Origin: Candidatus Hermodarchaeota archaeon
GTDB taxonomy: Archaea > Asgardarchaeota > Heimdallarchaeia > Hodarchaeales > Hodarchaeaceae
DNA length: 32,000 bases
Direction: 5' to 3'
NCBI GenBank assembly: GCA_048886185.1
Contig: JBHLKY010000002.1
Coordinates: 30,001-62,000, forward strand
Within the stretch, counting starts at the first letter, position 1. Each line of letters opens with the position of its first letter. This document shows positions 15,919 to 25,416 of this stretch, one piece after another. The position numbers were made by a program, and so were the translations under genes. Below the pieces are notes generated by a model that was not told where the DNA came from, did no database searches, and saw only the letters and a program-made list of their open reading frames with translations.

Positions 15919-16593
15919 TCAGTCTAAATGATTTGGGATTTCTGTGAAGTCACTTACGATAAGGTCTGGTTTTTCGTTCCTTAATGTTCTCTCATCAAAT
16001 ATTCCAGTTAAAACTGCTATGGTTTTGGCTCCCCCTCTCTTTCCTGCCCGAATATCCAGAACAGAATCACCAATAACAGCACATTCAACTATAGACACCC
16101 CCAAATTATTCGCTCCTACAAGAAAGGAGTCAGGGTGCGGTTTGGGTTTATCGACTTCTAAAGTTGTAATGATGGTCTGAAAATACTTAATTAAATTCAA
16201 TCGGATCAGTTGGTCTTTAATTTGTGCTTTCCTTAAATATCTAAGTGTAACAAGAGCCAAGGGAAAACGGTTGAAAAGAATATCTAAAGTCCTATTCACT
16301 CCTACAAAAGGAATAGCATCCCACAAACAGGCTTCATTCCATGTTTTTAACCATACTTTAAAAAAACCTGTACTCCCTTCTAGGTTTACAGAGAGAATAT
16401 TATCTAGTAGTTTATCCCTTGGGACTCCTAGATCCAACCTCCGAGCAATTTCTAAAGAAATCTCCCTTATTTCTTCTTCAGAAACTGGCAAACTGGTAAA
16501 TTCTTTTATGGCTTCTTTTGTTGCCTTTATATAAGCCTCTGTTGAGTCTACAAGAACTCCATCGAAATCGATTAACAGTGCTTTAATTTTCAT
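15919..16593 (-). CDS. HAD-superfamily hydrolase (phosphoglycolate phosphatase-like)
   Basis: Motif I DFDGVLVDS; motif II LVT; KPKPHPD; motif IV IGDSVLDIRAG. Confidence 0.92.
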   Translation of the reverse strand: MKIKALLIDFDGVLVDSTEAYIKATKEAIKEFTSLPVSEEEIREISLEIARRLDLGVPRDKLLDNILSVNLEGSTGFFKVWLKTWNEACLWDAIPFVGVNRTLDILFNRFPLALVTLRYLRKAQIKDQLIRLNLIKYFQTIITTLEVDKPKPHPDSFLVGANNLGVSIVECAVIGDSVLDIRAGKRGGAKTIAVLTGIFDERTLRNEKPDLIVSDFTEIPNHLD

Positions 16594-16815
16594 ATAAACT
16601 GCCTGAATAGGCTGAAAAAAGAGAATTTTTATATTTTTGCTAGCTGCTTTGAAATAGTCCTTTGATTGGATAACGTGGATTTAATCAAGATAAGAATTCT
16701 TTCACTTATAAAAAAAAATATTAACCAAGAACTAGACATTAATTTTGGAAACTTAGTGAAAAGTGTGAATTATACGTTATTAACCAAACATAAGGCCTTT
16801 AAGGAGTTCTAAAGC

Positions 16816-17103
16816 GTGAATAGACTACAAGGCAGAGAGAATTCTTCTGAATCAACTAGTGAAAAGGTTCAATTAGAGAAAGAGAAGTCTAATTTCTTAC
16901 CAATCACACTGATGGGAATGATCTGGGTAGTTGTTTTTTGGTCTGGAGTCTTTTTTACTATAATGACATTAGTTGTCTCCCTCGCATTTTGGGTGGTGAC
17001 TAAAAATCCAATATACATCGCCAGTGCTTTATTAGGAGCCTGTTTATTTCTCATATGGGGATATAAAAATCTCAAGAAGCAGGATTTGAGTGAAGAATCT
17101 TAA
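16816..17103 (+). CDS. Small two-TM membrane protein
   Basis: 95 aa; GTG start after AAGGAG; two hydrophobic helices with charged termini. Confidence 0.65.
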   Translation: MNRLQGRENSSESTSEKVQLEKEKSNFLPITLMGMIWVVVFWSGVFFTIMTLVVSLAFWVVTKNPIYIASALLGACLFLIWGYKNLKKQDLSEES

Positions 17104-17126
17104 CTGTTTCTGATTTTTATGAGTCC

Positions 17127-18512
17127 TCAATGCGTTGTTTTGCTCGAAAAGTTCATTGAGGCTATTTTCATAGTTGGTGTGATAAGAGTTTTATCTAGAA
17201 TAAGACCCCAAAATGGAAGCACCTGAAGTGTTTCTTTTGAAACTTCAACATTTGAAAACATCTTTGGAATGCTGTCTGTAAATCGCATATTCTTTGCAGC
17301 TCCAGTTATTTCCCCATTTTTAACAATAAATAATCCATCTTTTGTCATACCTGTGGTAGTACCTCTAGTCCTATCAATATAATTAGAATAATGCAGATTG
17401 GTCACAATTAAACCTTCATCTAAATCTTCAATTAGCTGTTCTCGAGTTCGATGTCCTCCTTGGATATTCAATGCTCCTGGTAAGGGAAGAAATTCCCCAA
17501 ATAAAATGAAACTACAACCATTAGAGGCTGTTCCCATCTTTTTCGCGGTTTTTCGGTCGTGGGCGAAGTTTTCTACCACTCCCTGATTAATTAACATATA
17601 CTTTTGACTGGCTACTCCCTCTGCGTCTAGTGCATATGCTGCTAGGAATGAAGATTCATGGGGGTCATTAACTATTTTCAAAGATTTGGCAAAAACTTGT
17701 TCTCCCATTTTATCTTGGAGAAATGACTGATGATCTAGGATGTTTCTAGCTGAAAGAGCCATACCTAGGAAAAACATTTGATCGGCTGCTGCTTGATAAT
17801 CTAATATGACTGGATATTCTTTAGGTTCTATAGTTTCTGCTCTCAGTCCCATAACTGCTCGTTTGGCCACTTCCTCTGCTTCGATCTCAAAAGGGAGCTC
17901 AGAGAAACGTCGGTTTCCAAACGAATTCTGGCTTCGAGACTCACCGGTGCCATCATCAGCCATGATGTTTATTGTTGAAGTCATACCTGTAACAGAAGCC
18001 TGATATTCTAAATCCTCGGATGATATATATAAAGTGACACCGTTTCGTAGATTTAGATTTCCAGACACATCCTTCACATTTGAAGAAAAAGCGTGTCCAG
18101 CATTTATAGCACTAATAATTTTATCAGCAATATCAGATGGAGTCAGATTTCTTGCCATTGGATCGTTTAGTTGAAGTTTTGGATACTTTTGTGGCTCAGT
18201 TAGAATACCAGGAAATTCGGGGTCATCAGGAAGATGCTTTACAAATTTGATTCCTCGATCCACGGCCCAACTGATGGCTGATACTTCTAGAGAGTTTGTT
18301 GAAACCGTTACTTGTCTTTGGCCATTAATCAATGTTATCTCAAGTTTAGTTTCATAATCTGTAAAGTTTTGGTGAATTACAGATTTTGCGAACCTAGTGG
18401 AGAATACATGATCCAATTCTGCTTTAATATAAGAACCATCCATTCCAGCAGATCTTGCACGGTTAATAGCAAACGAACTCATTTCAAAAAGCTTTTCTGT
18501 GTCTAGATTCAT
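17127..18512 (-). CDS. pmbA: TldE/PmbA family protein (non-catalytic partner of TldD)
   Basis: STRFAKSVIHQN; IVNDP...DAEGV; LINQGVVENFAHD; GTASNG; TGMTKDGLFIVKNGEI...KNMRFTDS. No HExxxH. Start set at ATG18512 (AAGGAG upstream) rather than TTG18542. Confidence 0.9.
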   Translation of the reverse strand: MNLDTEKLFEMSSFAINRARSAGMDGSYIKAELDHVFSTRFAKSVIHQNFTDYETKLEITLINGQRQVTVSTNSLEVSAISWAVDRGIKFVKHLPDDPEFPGILTEPQKYPKLQLNDPMARNLTPSDIADKIISAINAGHAFSSNVKDVSGNLNLRNGVTLYISSEDLEYQASVTGMTSTINIMADDGTGESRSQNSFGNRRFSELPFEIEAEEVAKRAVMGLRAETIEPKEYPVILDYQAAADQMFFLGMALSARNILDHQSFLQDKMGEQVFAKSLKIVNDPHESSFLAAYALDAEGVASQKYMLINQGVVENFAHDRKTAKKMGTASNGCSFILFGEFLPLPGALNIQGGHRTREQLIEDLDEGLIVTNLHYSNYIDRTRGTTTGMTKDGLFIVKNGEITGAAKNMRFTDSIPKMFSNVEVSKETLQVLPFWGLILDKTLITPTMKIASMNFSSKTTH

Positions 18513-18525
18513 TATAGACTTCTCC

Positions 18526-19974
18526 TTAACTCGCAAAAACATTCACATCTTGGAAGCGAGCCCAACCACCACCATGTTCAACCCACATTACTTGCATTGG
18601 GACTCCTTTACCACAAACTGGACCGCGTCCATGACTTTTTGATGTTTGTGTAATCATGTCACAATTTCCCCAGAACTCTGGTGTTGCTGCATTATAACAC
18701 ACATTCTTTAATGGTGTTGTCCTTTCTCCTTTTTCGATAAGCCATCCAAATTGTGTACTAAACTGGAAATTCATCCGCTTATCATCAATTGAATGACTCT
18801 TCCAATTCAGACCGAAAACACCATACTTTGTTTCAGCAATTAGCTCTTCAATGTCTTTTGGTCCTTCAGGATCTGGTAGTAAGTGTAAATTTCCCATTCG
18901 TACTATGGGGAGTCGATTATAATTTGCCATTCTTGAATTTCCAAATGAGTGAGCGTATCCTAACTCATGAGCTGTTTCTCTGTCAGTCATATAGTTTCTA
19001 AAAATACCATTTTCAATAATGTTGAGTTTCTTTGCTTCTACTCCCTCATCATCATATTTATAGCTTCCTAGTGCATATGGTATAGTTGGATCGCATACAA
19101 GGTTGACAATATCAGAACCATATCGATATTCAGTGTTTAATTTATCAGGAGTAAGGAATGAAGTCCCAGCTAGATCAGCTTCAAACCCGAGTACCCGATC
19201 TAATTCTGTAGGATGTCCTGTTGATTCGTGAATGGTCAAACCAAGCTGATCAGGTTCCAATATGAATGTAGTTTTATCTTTTGGACAATTCTTTGCTTTA
19301 TTCACTAATAATAGAGCTTCTTGGCCTACACGTTCGGCTGTAGTTGGATAGTCAAATTCTTTCACATGTTCGAATCCTTTCATTTTAAAGTCACCATAAG
19401 AACGAACATGAATTTCTGTTGCTTTTGCTATCGCTTGTACATTCGACCCCACATAAGTCTGGGTTTGTTGAATTCTTGTTCCCTCACTATTTGCAAAAGA
19501 TAACTCCACTCGATAAGCTGCTAGTTCTGTCTCAGTAACTTTAATTTCCTCACCTGCTTCACGTAAGATTGAATCAGCTTCCTTCAATAGTTCTAATTTC
19601 TCTTCGATATCGACCTCAAAAGGATCGATTTGATATGGTGTTGAGTATGTATCAATAATTATTGGTTCTTTTGTCAATTCAACTGGTTTACGGAGTTTAA
19701 GGGCGCTTGCTTTTGCTACTTTAATAGCTTGTTTGACTAATGAAGTGATATCGGTTTTTAAGACTCTTGATGTTGTTGCATATCCCCATGCTCCGTTGAG
19801 AATGATTCTTACATTCATTCCCCTTTCTAATAGAATTCTTGCTGTATCAATGTCCCCGTTCTTCATTGATAGACCCTCAATCATTTTTGAAAAAACACGT
19901 GCATCTGCAAAGCTGACATCAAACCTTTCTGTTTCAACCAAACATTTTTCAAGAAACTCTTGCTCTTGTTCCAT
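18526..19974 (-). CDS. tldD: TldD family metalloprotease
   Basis: HESTGHPTELDR (HExxxH); YKYDDEGV; PIVRMGNL; DDKRMNFQF; CGKGVPMQ with the conserved Cys; GGTGA ribosome site. Confidence 0.93.
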   Translation of the reverse strand: MEQEQEFLEKCLVETERFDVSFADARVFSKMIEGLSMKNGDIDTARILLERGMNVRIILNGAWGYATTSRVLKTDITSLVKQAIKVAKASALKLRKPVELTKEPIIIDTYSTPYQIDPFEVDIEEKLELLKEADSILREAGEEIKVTETELAAYRVELSFANSEGTRIQQTQTYVGSNVQAIAKATEIHVRSYGDFKMKGFEHVKEFDYPTTAERVGQEALLLVNKAKNCPKDKTTFILEPDQLGLTIHESTGHPTELDRVLGFEADLAGTSFLTPDKLNTEYRYGSDIVNLVCDPTIPYALGSYKYDDEGVEAKKLNIIENGIFRNYMTDRETAHELGYAHSFGNSRMANYNRLPIVRMGNLHLLPDPEGPKDIEELIAETKYGVFGLNWKSHSIDDKRMNFQFSTQFGWLIEKGERTTPLKNVCYNAATPEFWGNCDMITQTSKSHGRGPVCGKGVPMQVMWVEHGGGWARFQDVNVFAS

Positions 19975-20159
19975 AATTTCACCAATTAATCACATATAAT
20001 GAATTATGGTAGCTCTTTGGTGTGAGTTATTAAATCTAACGTGTGTTGGTCTAGATTAATACCTTATAAATTATGAAAACAATTATACTTATCAAAGAAG
20101 ATCGAAAACTCAGAGTATAATTGTCAAAGAAAGTAATAACTTATACTGAGGAATTTTAA

Positions 20160-21095
20160 ATGAAGAAACAATTGGTTAAACGTTATAAACATAATCCTAT
20201 TCTTACCACAGACGATATTCCTTATCCTGTTGAAACGGTACATAATGCTGGCGTCGTGAAATTTAAAGGCAAATATATTATGCTTTTTCGGTCTCATAGA
20301 GCGAATGGCCGGTCAATAATCGGGATAGCGGAAAGTCATGATGGTTTTAATTTTAGTTCCCGAACTAAACCTTTCATGACTCCCTCTGAAGAGGCTATCT
20401 TTTCTGAATACGAAGAATTTGGTGTTGAAGATCCGCGTATAACCCCTTTGGAAGGATATTTTTATATCACCTACAGTGCATATTCTAGACATGGAGTTCG
20501 TATCGGTCTAGCACGAACGAAAGATTTCGAATCTGTTGAGCGAGTTTCTTTTATTACTCAAGCTGATTATCGAAACACTGTCATATTTCCAGAGAAAATT
20601 AATAATCAATATGTCAGACTCGATCGACCTCATTCTGATATCAGTCCTTGGTCGATTTGGATCAGTTATTCGCCTGATTTACGTCACTGGGGTGATTCAC
20701 GGGTATTAATAAAACCTGTAATGTATCATTGGGATGAAATGAAAATCGGTCCTGGGGCTATTCCAATCAGGACAGAAAGAGGTTGGTTGAATATTTATCA
20801 TGGTGTATTTCCTACAATGGATGGTTCGATTTATCGACTTGGTGTTGCATTACATAAACTGGAGGATCCTGCAATCATCCTTGGTGTCAGCGATTGCTGG
20901 ATATTGCAACCTGAAGATCCTTGGGAGGTAACTGGATATGTACACAATGTTGTTTTTACTTGTGGAGCGGTTCCCGAGGATGACGGGACATTGAAATTAT
21001 ATTGGGGTGGAGCCGACAAAGTCATGTGCGCTGGTACAGCAAAGATTGATGAGCTGGTAGATCTTTGCCTCGTTGATTCTCGTGAACCTTTTTGA
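20160..21095 (+). CDS. GH130 glycoside hydrolase/phosphorylase (beta-mannoside phosphorylase-like)
   Basis: HNPIL; VHNAGVV; GVEDPRIT; KIGPGAIPI; YHGV; YRLGVALH; GYVHNVVFTCG; LYWGGAD (five-bladed beta-propeller pattern). Confidence 0.9.
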   Translation: MKKQLVKRYKHNPILTTDDIPYPVETVHNAGVVKFKGKYIMLFRSHRANGRSIIGIAESHDGFNFSSRTKPFMTPSEEAIFSEYEEFGVEDPRITPLEGYFYITYSAYSRHGVRIGLARTKDFESVERVSFITQADYRNTVIFPEKINNQYVRLDRPHSDISPWSIWISYSPDLRHWGDSRVLIKPVMYHWDEMKIGPGAIPIRTERGWLNIYHGVFPTMDGSIYRLGVALHKLEDPAIILGVSDCWILQPEDPWEVTGYVHNVVFTCGAVPEDDGTLKLYWGGADKVMCAGTAKIDELVDLCLVDSREPF

Positions 21096-21109
21096 AAATA
21101 TAGATTTTA

Positions 21110-21311
21110 ATGAAAATAAAGATTCTTTCCCTCTCCTTGTTACTCCTAATCCAAAATTTTCTGATCCTTGTAGGAAAATAATTCTGTATGCTAATCTAAT
21201 TGGAAGAATTACTCAACATTAGGCCCTAGAATTGTGCTTGGCTTTACATTCATCTTAATTATTGGAATTATTCTGGTTATTATTAAAAAAGGACACAGTT
21301 ACGTCAAATAG
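21110..21311 (+). pseudogene. Possible internally deleted remnant of a secreted, C-terminally anchored protein
   Basis: ATG21110 gives MKIKILSLSLLLLIQNFLILVGK-stop (signal-like). Another frame at 21195-21311 gives SNWKNYSTLGPRIVLGFTFILIIGIILVIIKKGHSYVK-stop (TM + basic tail). Confidence 0.3.
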
Positions 21312-21494
21312 CAGAGAAAAAGGTAAGTTTCTTTTATCCTAGTAACATTATCAAGTTCTATTTCATCATTATTTATAGATATATGAACATTTTTTTTGCA
21401 TATAGCAAAGAATTTTTTTAGTAATACATTATGGTAGCCCTCTAATTGGTGAAGATACCTGAAATCTAATATCCTTGATCATCAGTCATTAGAA

Positions 21495-22091
21495 TTGATT
21501 CTTAAAGACTTGGACTCACAGGATTCTCATAAACGAGCGGCTTGTATAAGACAACTAGGACAAATGGACATTGAAAGAGGGGATTGTCCCGAGATTTTGT
21601 TTAATAAATTAGAGGAAGCATTAGCTGATCCAGAACCAGGAGTCAGAAAAGAAACTGTTATGACTTTAGCTTTCTTAATGAAGAGTGAAAATGCCTTCTC
21701 TATAATAACACCGTTATTAGATGATCCAATTTTAGATGTACGAAGTAATACTCTTGCAGCGTTGAGTTTTATTGGTGTGAGACCCACATCAGATGTTTTA
21801 GAAAAGTTAATTGCTGATTTTCTCCACGCGCCCGAACCTGAGATTCGAGATCGGTGTGCACGTGCATTAGGACGACTTAAAATTTTCCAAGCAAGATCTC
21901 ATTTATTAGAACTTGCCAAAAATGACTCCTCTTCTTCTGTCCGAGCCGCAGCTGTCATTGGTATAGGAATGATGAAACAGGCTGATTCACAACTCAAATC
22001 GGAATTAATTCGACTTCTTGACTCTGAAACATCTCAAGGAGTCATTTCTGCGATCAACGAGACTCTAAGTATAATTATTTCAAATAAATGA
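21495..22091 (+). CDS. HEAT/PBS-lyase-like repeat protein
   Basis: Repeats LADPEPGVRKETVMTL, LLDDPILDVRSNTLAAL, APEPEIRDRCARALG, DSSSSVRAAAVIGIG. Confidence 0.88.
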   Translation: MILKDLDSQDSHKRAACIRQLGQMDIERGDCPEILFNKLEEALADPEPGVRKETVMTLAFLMKSENAFSIITPLLDDPILDVRSNTLAALSFIGVRPTSDVLEKLIADFLHAPEPEIRDRCARALGRLKIFQARSHLLELAKNDSSSSVRAAAVIGIGMMKQADSQLKSELIRLLDSETSQGVISAINETLSIIISNK

Positions 22092-22113
22092 GAATCCCTA
22101 AACCACACCAGCC

Positions 22114-23061
22114 CTATTTCACCCATCTTTCTGGGACAAACCAATCAGCTCTTCGTTTTTCTTCAAGGAGCTCGTCACGAAAGTCGGGAAAATAATACGT
22201 TGTTCCAGCTGAAATTTTCTCAATACTTATGAGTCCTGGGGATGTTTCACTTAACCAACTTTGGATTTTCTCGACCTCATTATATGCGGAAAAAAGGAAC
22301 CGTAAAAGTAAAATTGGTTTCTCTTCTACCTTCCAAGAATTCCAAAATGATGGTAGGGATTCCAAGGTTCTCTTTAATTCTTCATGAAATGGTTCAGTAT
22401 ATATTGTTAATTTCAATAGAAAAATGGTCCAATTTTCCTTTACAGTTTTTATTGGGTTTAGATAAATGGTTTCCTCAATAAGGTGATTTTCACGAAGAAA
22501 CTCTAATCGTTCAACAATGGTTTCAATAGCGATATTTGTACGATTAGATAGGTCAGTTAAGGATAATCGTCCCTCTTCTCGTAGGTAAATTAACATTAAC
22601 CAATCGATGTCTTTTAATGCAAAGATATCCTCTTTTGGTTTTTTTACACCCGATAACAGCTGAATTTGGTAAGCTCGAATGTCTTCAAATGTGGTGCCCA
22701 CCTTTTGAAAGTATCTCACAACAGAGAATAGCTCACTCATGGTTCGATAGTGGATTAACGCAAATCCTTCTATATCATTTCCAACAGAAATTGATTCTAC
22801 AGTGGGGTGAATTCCTAAGGAATTTATACATGCCAGATTGATAGGTTGGTTAGAACGAAAAAAGATGATAGCGTCTTTTGAACCAAAGAGAGCGGGAGAT
22901 GGCACAACAGTAAACTTGAGAATAACCCGATCTATCATTAATTGCTGAATACGAGCCGCTACCTCCTCCAATGGAATCTCAAGACGATTAGATATCTCAG
23001 AGAAGGCAATCCGACAATTATTCACTAATTCAAACAGAATTGCCTTATCAGTTACATCCAT
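22114..23061 (-). CDS. Lrp/AsnC-family regulator with two tandem wHTH-effector modules
   Basis: MDVTDKAILFELVNNCRIAFSEISNRL and LKDIDWLMLIYLREEGRLSLTDLSNRT are both AsnC-type HTH starts. Confidence 0.85.
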   Translation of the reverse strand: MDVTDKAILFELVNNCRIAFSEISNRLEIPLEEVAARIQQLMIDRVILKFTVVPSPALFGSKDAIIFFRSNQPINLACINSLGIHPTVESISVGNDIEGFALIHYRTMSELFSVVRYFQKVGTTFEDIRAYQIQLLSGVKKPKEDIFALKDIDWLMLIYLREEGRLSLTDLSNRTNIAIETIVERLEFLRENHLIEETIYLNPIKTVKENWTIFLLKLTIYTEPFHEELKRTLESLPSFWNSWKVEEKPILLLRFLFSAYNEVEKIQSWLSETSPGLISIEKISAGTTYYFPDFRDELLEEKRRADWFVPERWVK

Positions 23062-23104
23062 AGTTTAGCTTCCATCATTTCAATGCTACAATAATATGTA
23101 AGTA

Positions 23105-23143
23105 ATTATTAATAGTGATTATTAATAGTTATAAACCTATTTT
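23105..23143 (-). promoter_or_regulatory. BRE/TATA promoter plus tandem near-palindromic repeat upstream of the Lrp gene
   Basis: Minus strand AAAATAGG-TTTATAA (23143-23129), then two copies of ATTATTAATAGT (plus strand 23105-23116 and 23118-23129), each containing the palindrome TATTAATA. Confidence 0.55.
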
Positions 23144-23283
23144 AAATTGTATTTCAGCTTTTCGTTAAAGAATACTCTTACAACTCTATTAAACAGAAGT
23201 CAGATTTTGATCCTATCTATCCATCAACACACATGATCTGATTGTTTACTTTATGAAATGAAAGAATTGAAGTAAATATATCA

Positions 23284-23694
23284 TTAGAAAGAATCTCGGA
23301 CTTTAACAAGATAAACAAAGATGAGGATTGTGATAATCGGATTGATAAGTGCATAGATAGCACCATTTAATAAAAGTGTCAAATAATCAGCATAACTCAG
23401 AATTATTACTAAGACATTCATTCCTAAAGAGATTAGAACAACAATATAGGCTATAATATTGAGTTTCCACAGTCCTATGCCAATGAGAAATACCAAAAGT
23501 CCTGCAATCAGGATTATAAAACCTAGAGAACCAACAAATCCAGAAGCTCCTGGTCCTAGGATACTTTCAATCTCTGCTGCTAATCCAGCAACTCCGCCGA
23601 GGATCATAATACCAGTAAATATTACGATAACACCCAAAACCATATAAATAATTGCAAGTATTGTAACCCCTAAAGGACGATCTTTATGTACCAT
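23284..23694 (-). CDS. Four-TM membrane protein (RPLGVTILAI-type)
   Basis: RPLGVTILAIIY start, four hydrophobic helices, GIGLWKL...AY motif. ATG23694 preferred over TTG23706. Confidence 0.8.
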   Translation of the reverse strand: MVHKDRPLGVTILAIIYMVLGVIVIFTGIMILGGVAGLAAEIESILGPGASGFVGSLGFIILIAGLLVFLIGIGLWKLNIIAYIVVLISLGMNVLVIILSYADYLTLLLNGAIYALINPIITILIFVYLVKVRDSF

Positions 23695-23756
23695 TTTACT
23701 CAACAAATCTGACCAAAATTAATAATTAAGCAACCTCTGAAAGGATTAATAAAAAG

Positions 23757-24857
23757 TTATTTGAACAATGTTTGGATCTTTTTGGCAAATTTTAAATCCG
23801 TTAAAATGTGTGTATCGTCTATAAAGTGGTCTATTGACCCTGTAGGATATTTAATTTTTGTAAGTGGTGGTTTTAATAGCTTTCTTAGTTCATTGGTAAT
23901 TTTATTTACATTGATGACTAATTGGTCTCTTGAATGGAACTTGTCTGGTTTAATTGTTATTTTAGGTGTAATTTGTAACGAATTTTGCTTCAATAGGAGT
24001 TTTAGGTAAGCATCGCATAAGAATCTTTCTTTATTTCTCCAATTACTTTCTTTCAAGATCTTAACTAAAATTGGTTTGAGCTCTTTTCCAGTTGGTAATT
24101 GAGAGAATGCAATAGTTCTCCATTTTGGATATGGCATGTATTTCTTGTGAAGTAAGAAAGTTAATTGGATAATATGTTCAACTAGTCGTGTAGCTTCTAT
24201 TTGTGATCCTAAGTCATCACCAATTGACCCAACTCTCCCAACAAATGCAATTTCCTCGGCGATATGATCCCATTCTGCTAAAAGTTTAAAGATCCAAACA
24301 TTATTCGGAAAATAACTTAATGCTCTTCGAGCTTGCGATAATTCTCCAAGTTTGTTCCAAAAAATTTCTCCACTTGTAAATTCTAGAAGTTTTTGTTCTG
24401 ATAACACTAGCCATTCAGACTCAGACAGATTGATGGAATTAATGTCTAAATGATCTTTCAGATATGATGTTAAACAATATGTTTCAACACGATGATTTAT
24501 TGGGCCAGAAGTAATAGGAATTAAGAACTGAACTGGTATCCTATGACGATCTTCAAATTCAGGTTCACTCCAATTTGTTGAATACCCCAGGAACATGTAT
24601 GGTAAGTTTTTACTTAGTTCTGCCTTAATTTCGTCAGAATATTTCATATAATCCAATTCAGTCAGAAATAATTGGACACGAGGTCCCCAATGATGATCAG
24701 TAGATGTTTGATCATCAAAACCAAGAACTTCTGATCCTGGGCCTAGTAACGCTGCATCATACTTAAGTGAGGGAAAATATTGTTTAATAATGCCTTTAAC
24801 TACTTCCCTGAAAAACCTTCTACTTAGTTCCAATCCTTTGACAAAAGAAGATGACAT
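23757..24857 (-). CDS. DUF4037 domain protein (nucleotidyltransferase-like N-terminus)
   Basis: AALLGPGSEVLGFDDQTSTDHHWGPR; WLVLSEQKLLEFTSGEIF; YFPNNVW; FVGRVGSIGDDLGS; YMPYPKW. Confidence 0.85.
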   Translation of the reverse strand: MSSSFVKGLELSRRFFREVVKGIIKQYFPSLKYDAALLGPGSEVLGFDDQTSTDHHWGPRVQLFLTELDYMKYSDEIKAELSKNLPYMFLGYSTNWSEPEFEDRHRIPVQFLIPITSGPINHRVETYCLTSYLKDHLDINSINLSESEWLVLSEQKLLEFTSGEIFWNKLGELSQARRALSYFPNNVWIFKLLAEWDHIAEEIAFVGRVGSIGDDLGSQIEATRLVEHIIQLTFLLHKKYMPYPKWRTIAFSQLPTGKELKPILVKILKESNWRNKERFLCDAYLKLLLKQNSLQITPKITIKPDKFHSRDQLVINVNKITNELRKLLKPPLTKIKYPTGSIDHFIDDTHILTDLKFAKKIQTLFK

Positions 24858-25416
24858 GAAAAGAAATTCTTCTCATTCTAATATAAATAATCCCACTATA
24901 GAAGATTTGAGTCCATCAGAAAATTAATCATTTTTGTTTATATCCATCATTACTTGTATTAATCTTTTAGCTCCCTCTCTTTCTTTTTTCTTCTTATTTT
25001 CTGGCCTATACTCTGATTAACTTTTCTCCCTCCTATAAACCATTTTTCTTAGCAAAAACTAAAAAGAGAATACTAAAAGGACTGAAAAGAATAATGGACT
25101 CTCTTCCAGTCGGAGGAAACTTATTACGATGAGTATAATTGTTGTAATTGTGAGTAAAATGAAATATAGTAGTGAGGTTTTACGCTAGACCTCTTTTAAA
25201 TATTAAACTTTGTGAATGAACACGTTCCACCTATGAGTATAATGCCTCTTAATGGAATGTTTAAAGTAATGCTGAAATCGCTTTCTTGATATTGTTAATG
25301 TTGTTATGTATCTCAACTTATAAAATTCTTCAGTTCATCAGACACAGAATAGCTATGTTTTTGAAAAGAGTTATAGAAGTATCCGAGACAACTTTAAAAA
25401 CTTGTGAGGGCTTTTA

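Noticed and set aside
15899-15931. Selenocysteine read-through of microprotein B (HEC-TGA-SIPLDAQSK)
   Set aside because: Read-through does not restore the CxxC seen in paralog A, it overlaps the convergent HAD gene, and I could not fold a convincing SECIS downstream.
12062-19974. RiPP biosynthetic cluster (Cys-rich precursors + TldDE)
   Set aside because: No YcaO, radical SAM, LanM or exporter. The Cys spacing looks like a folded metal site, not a leader/core precursor.
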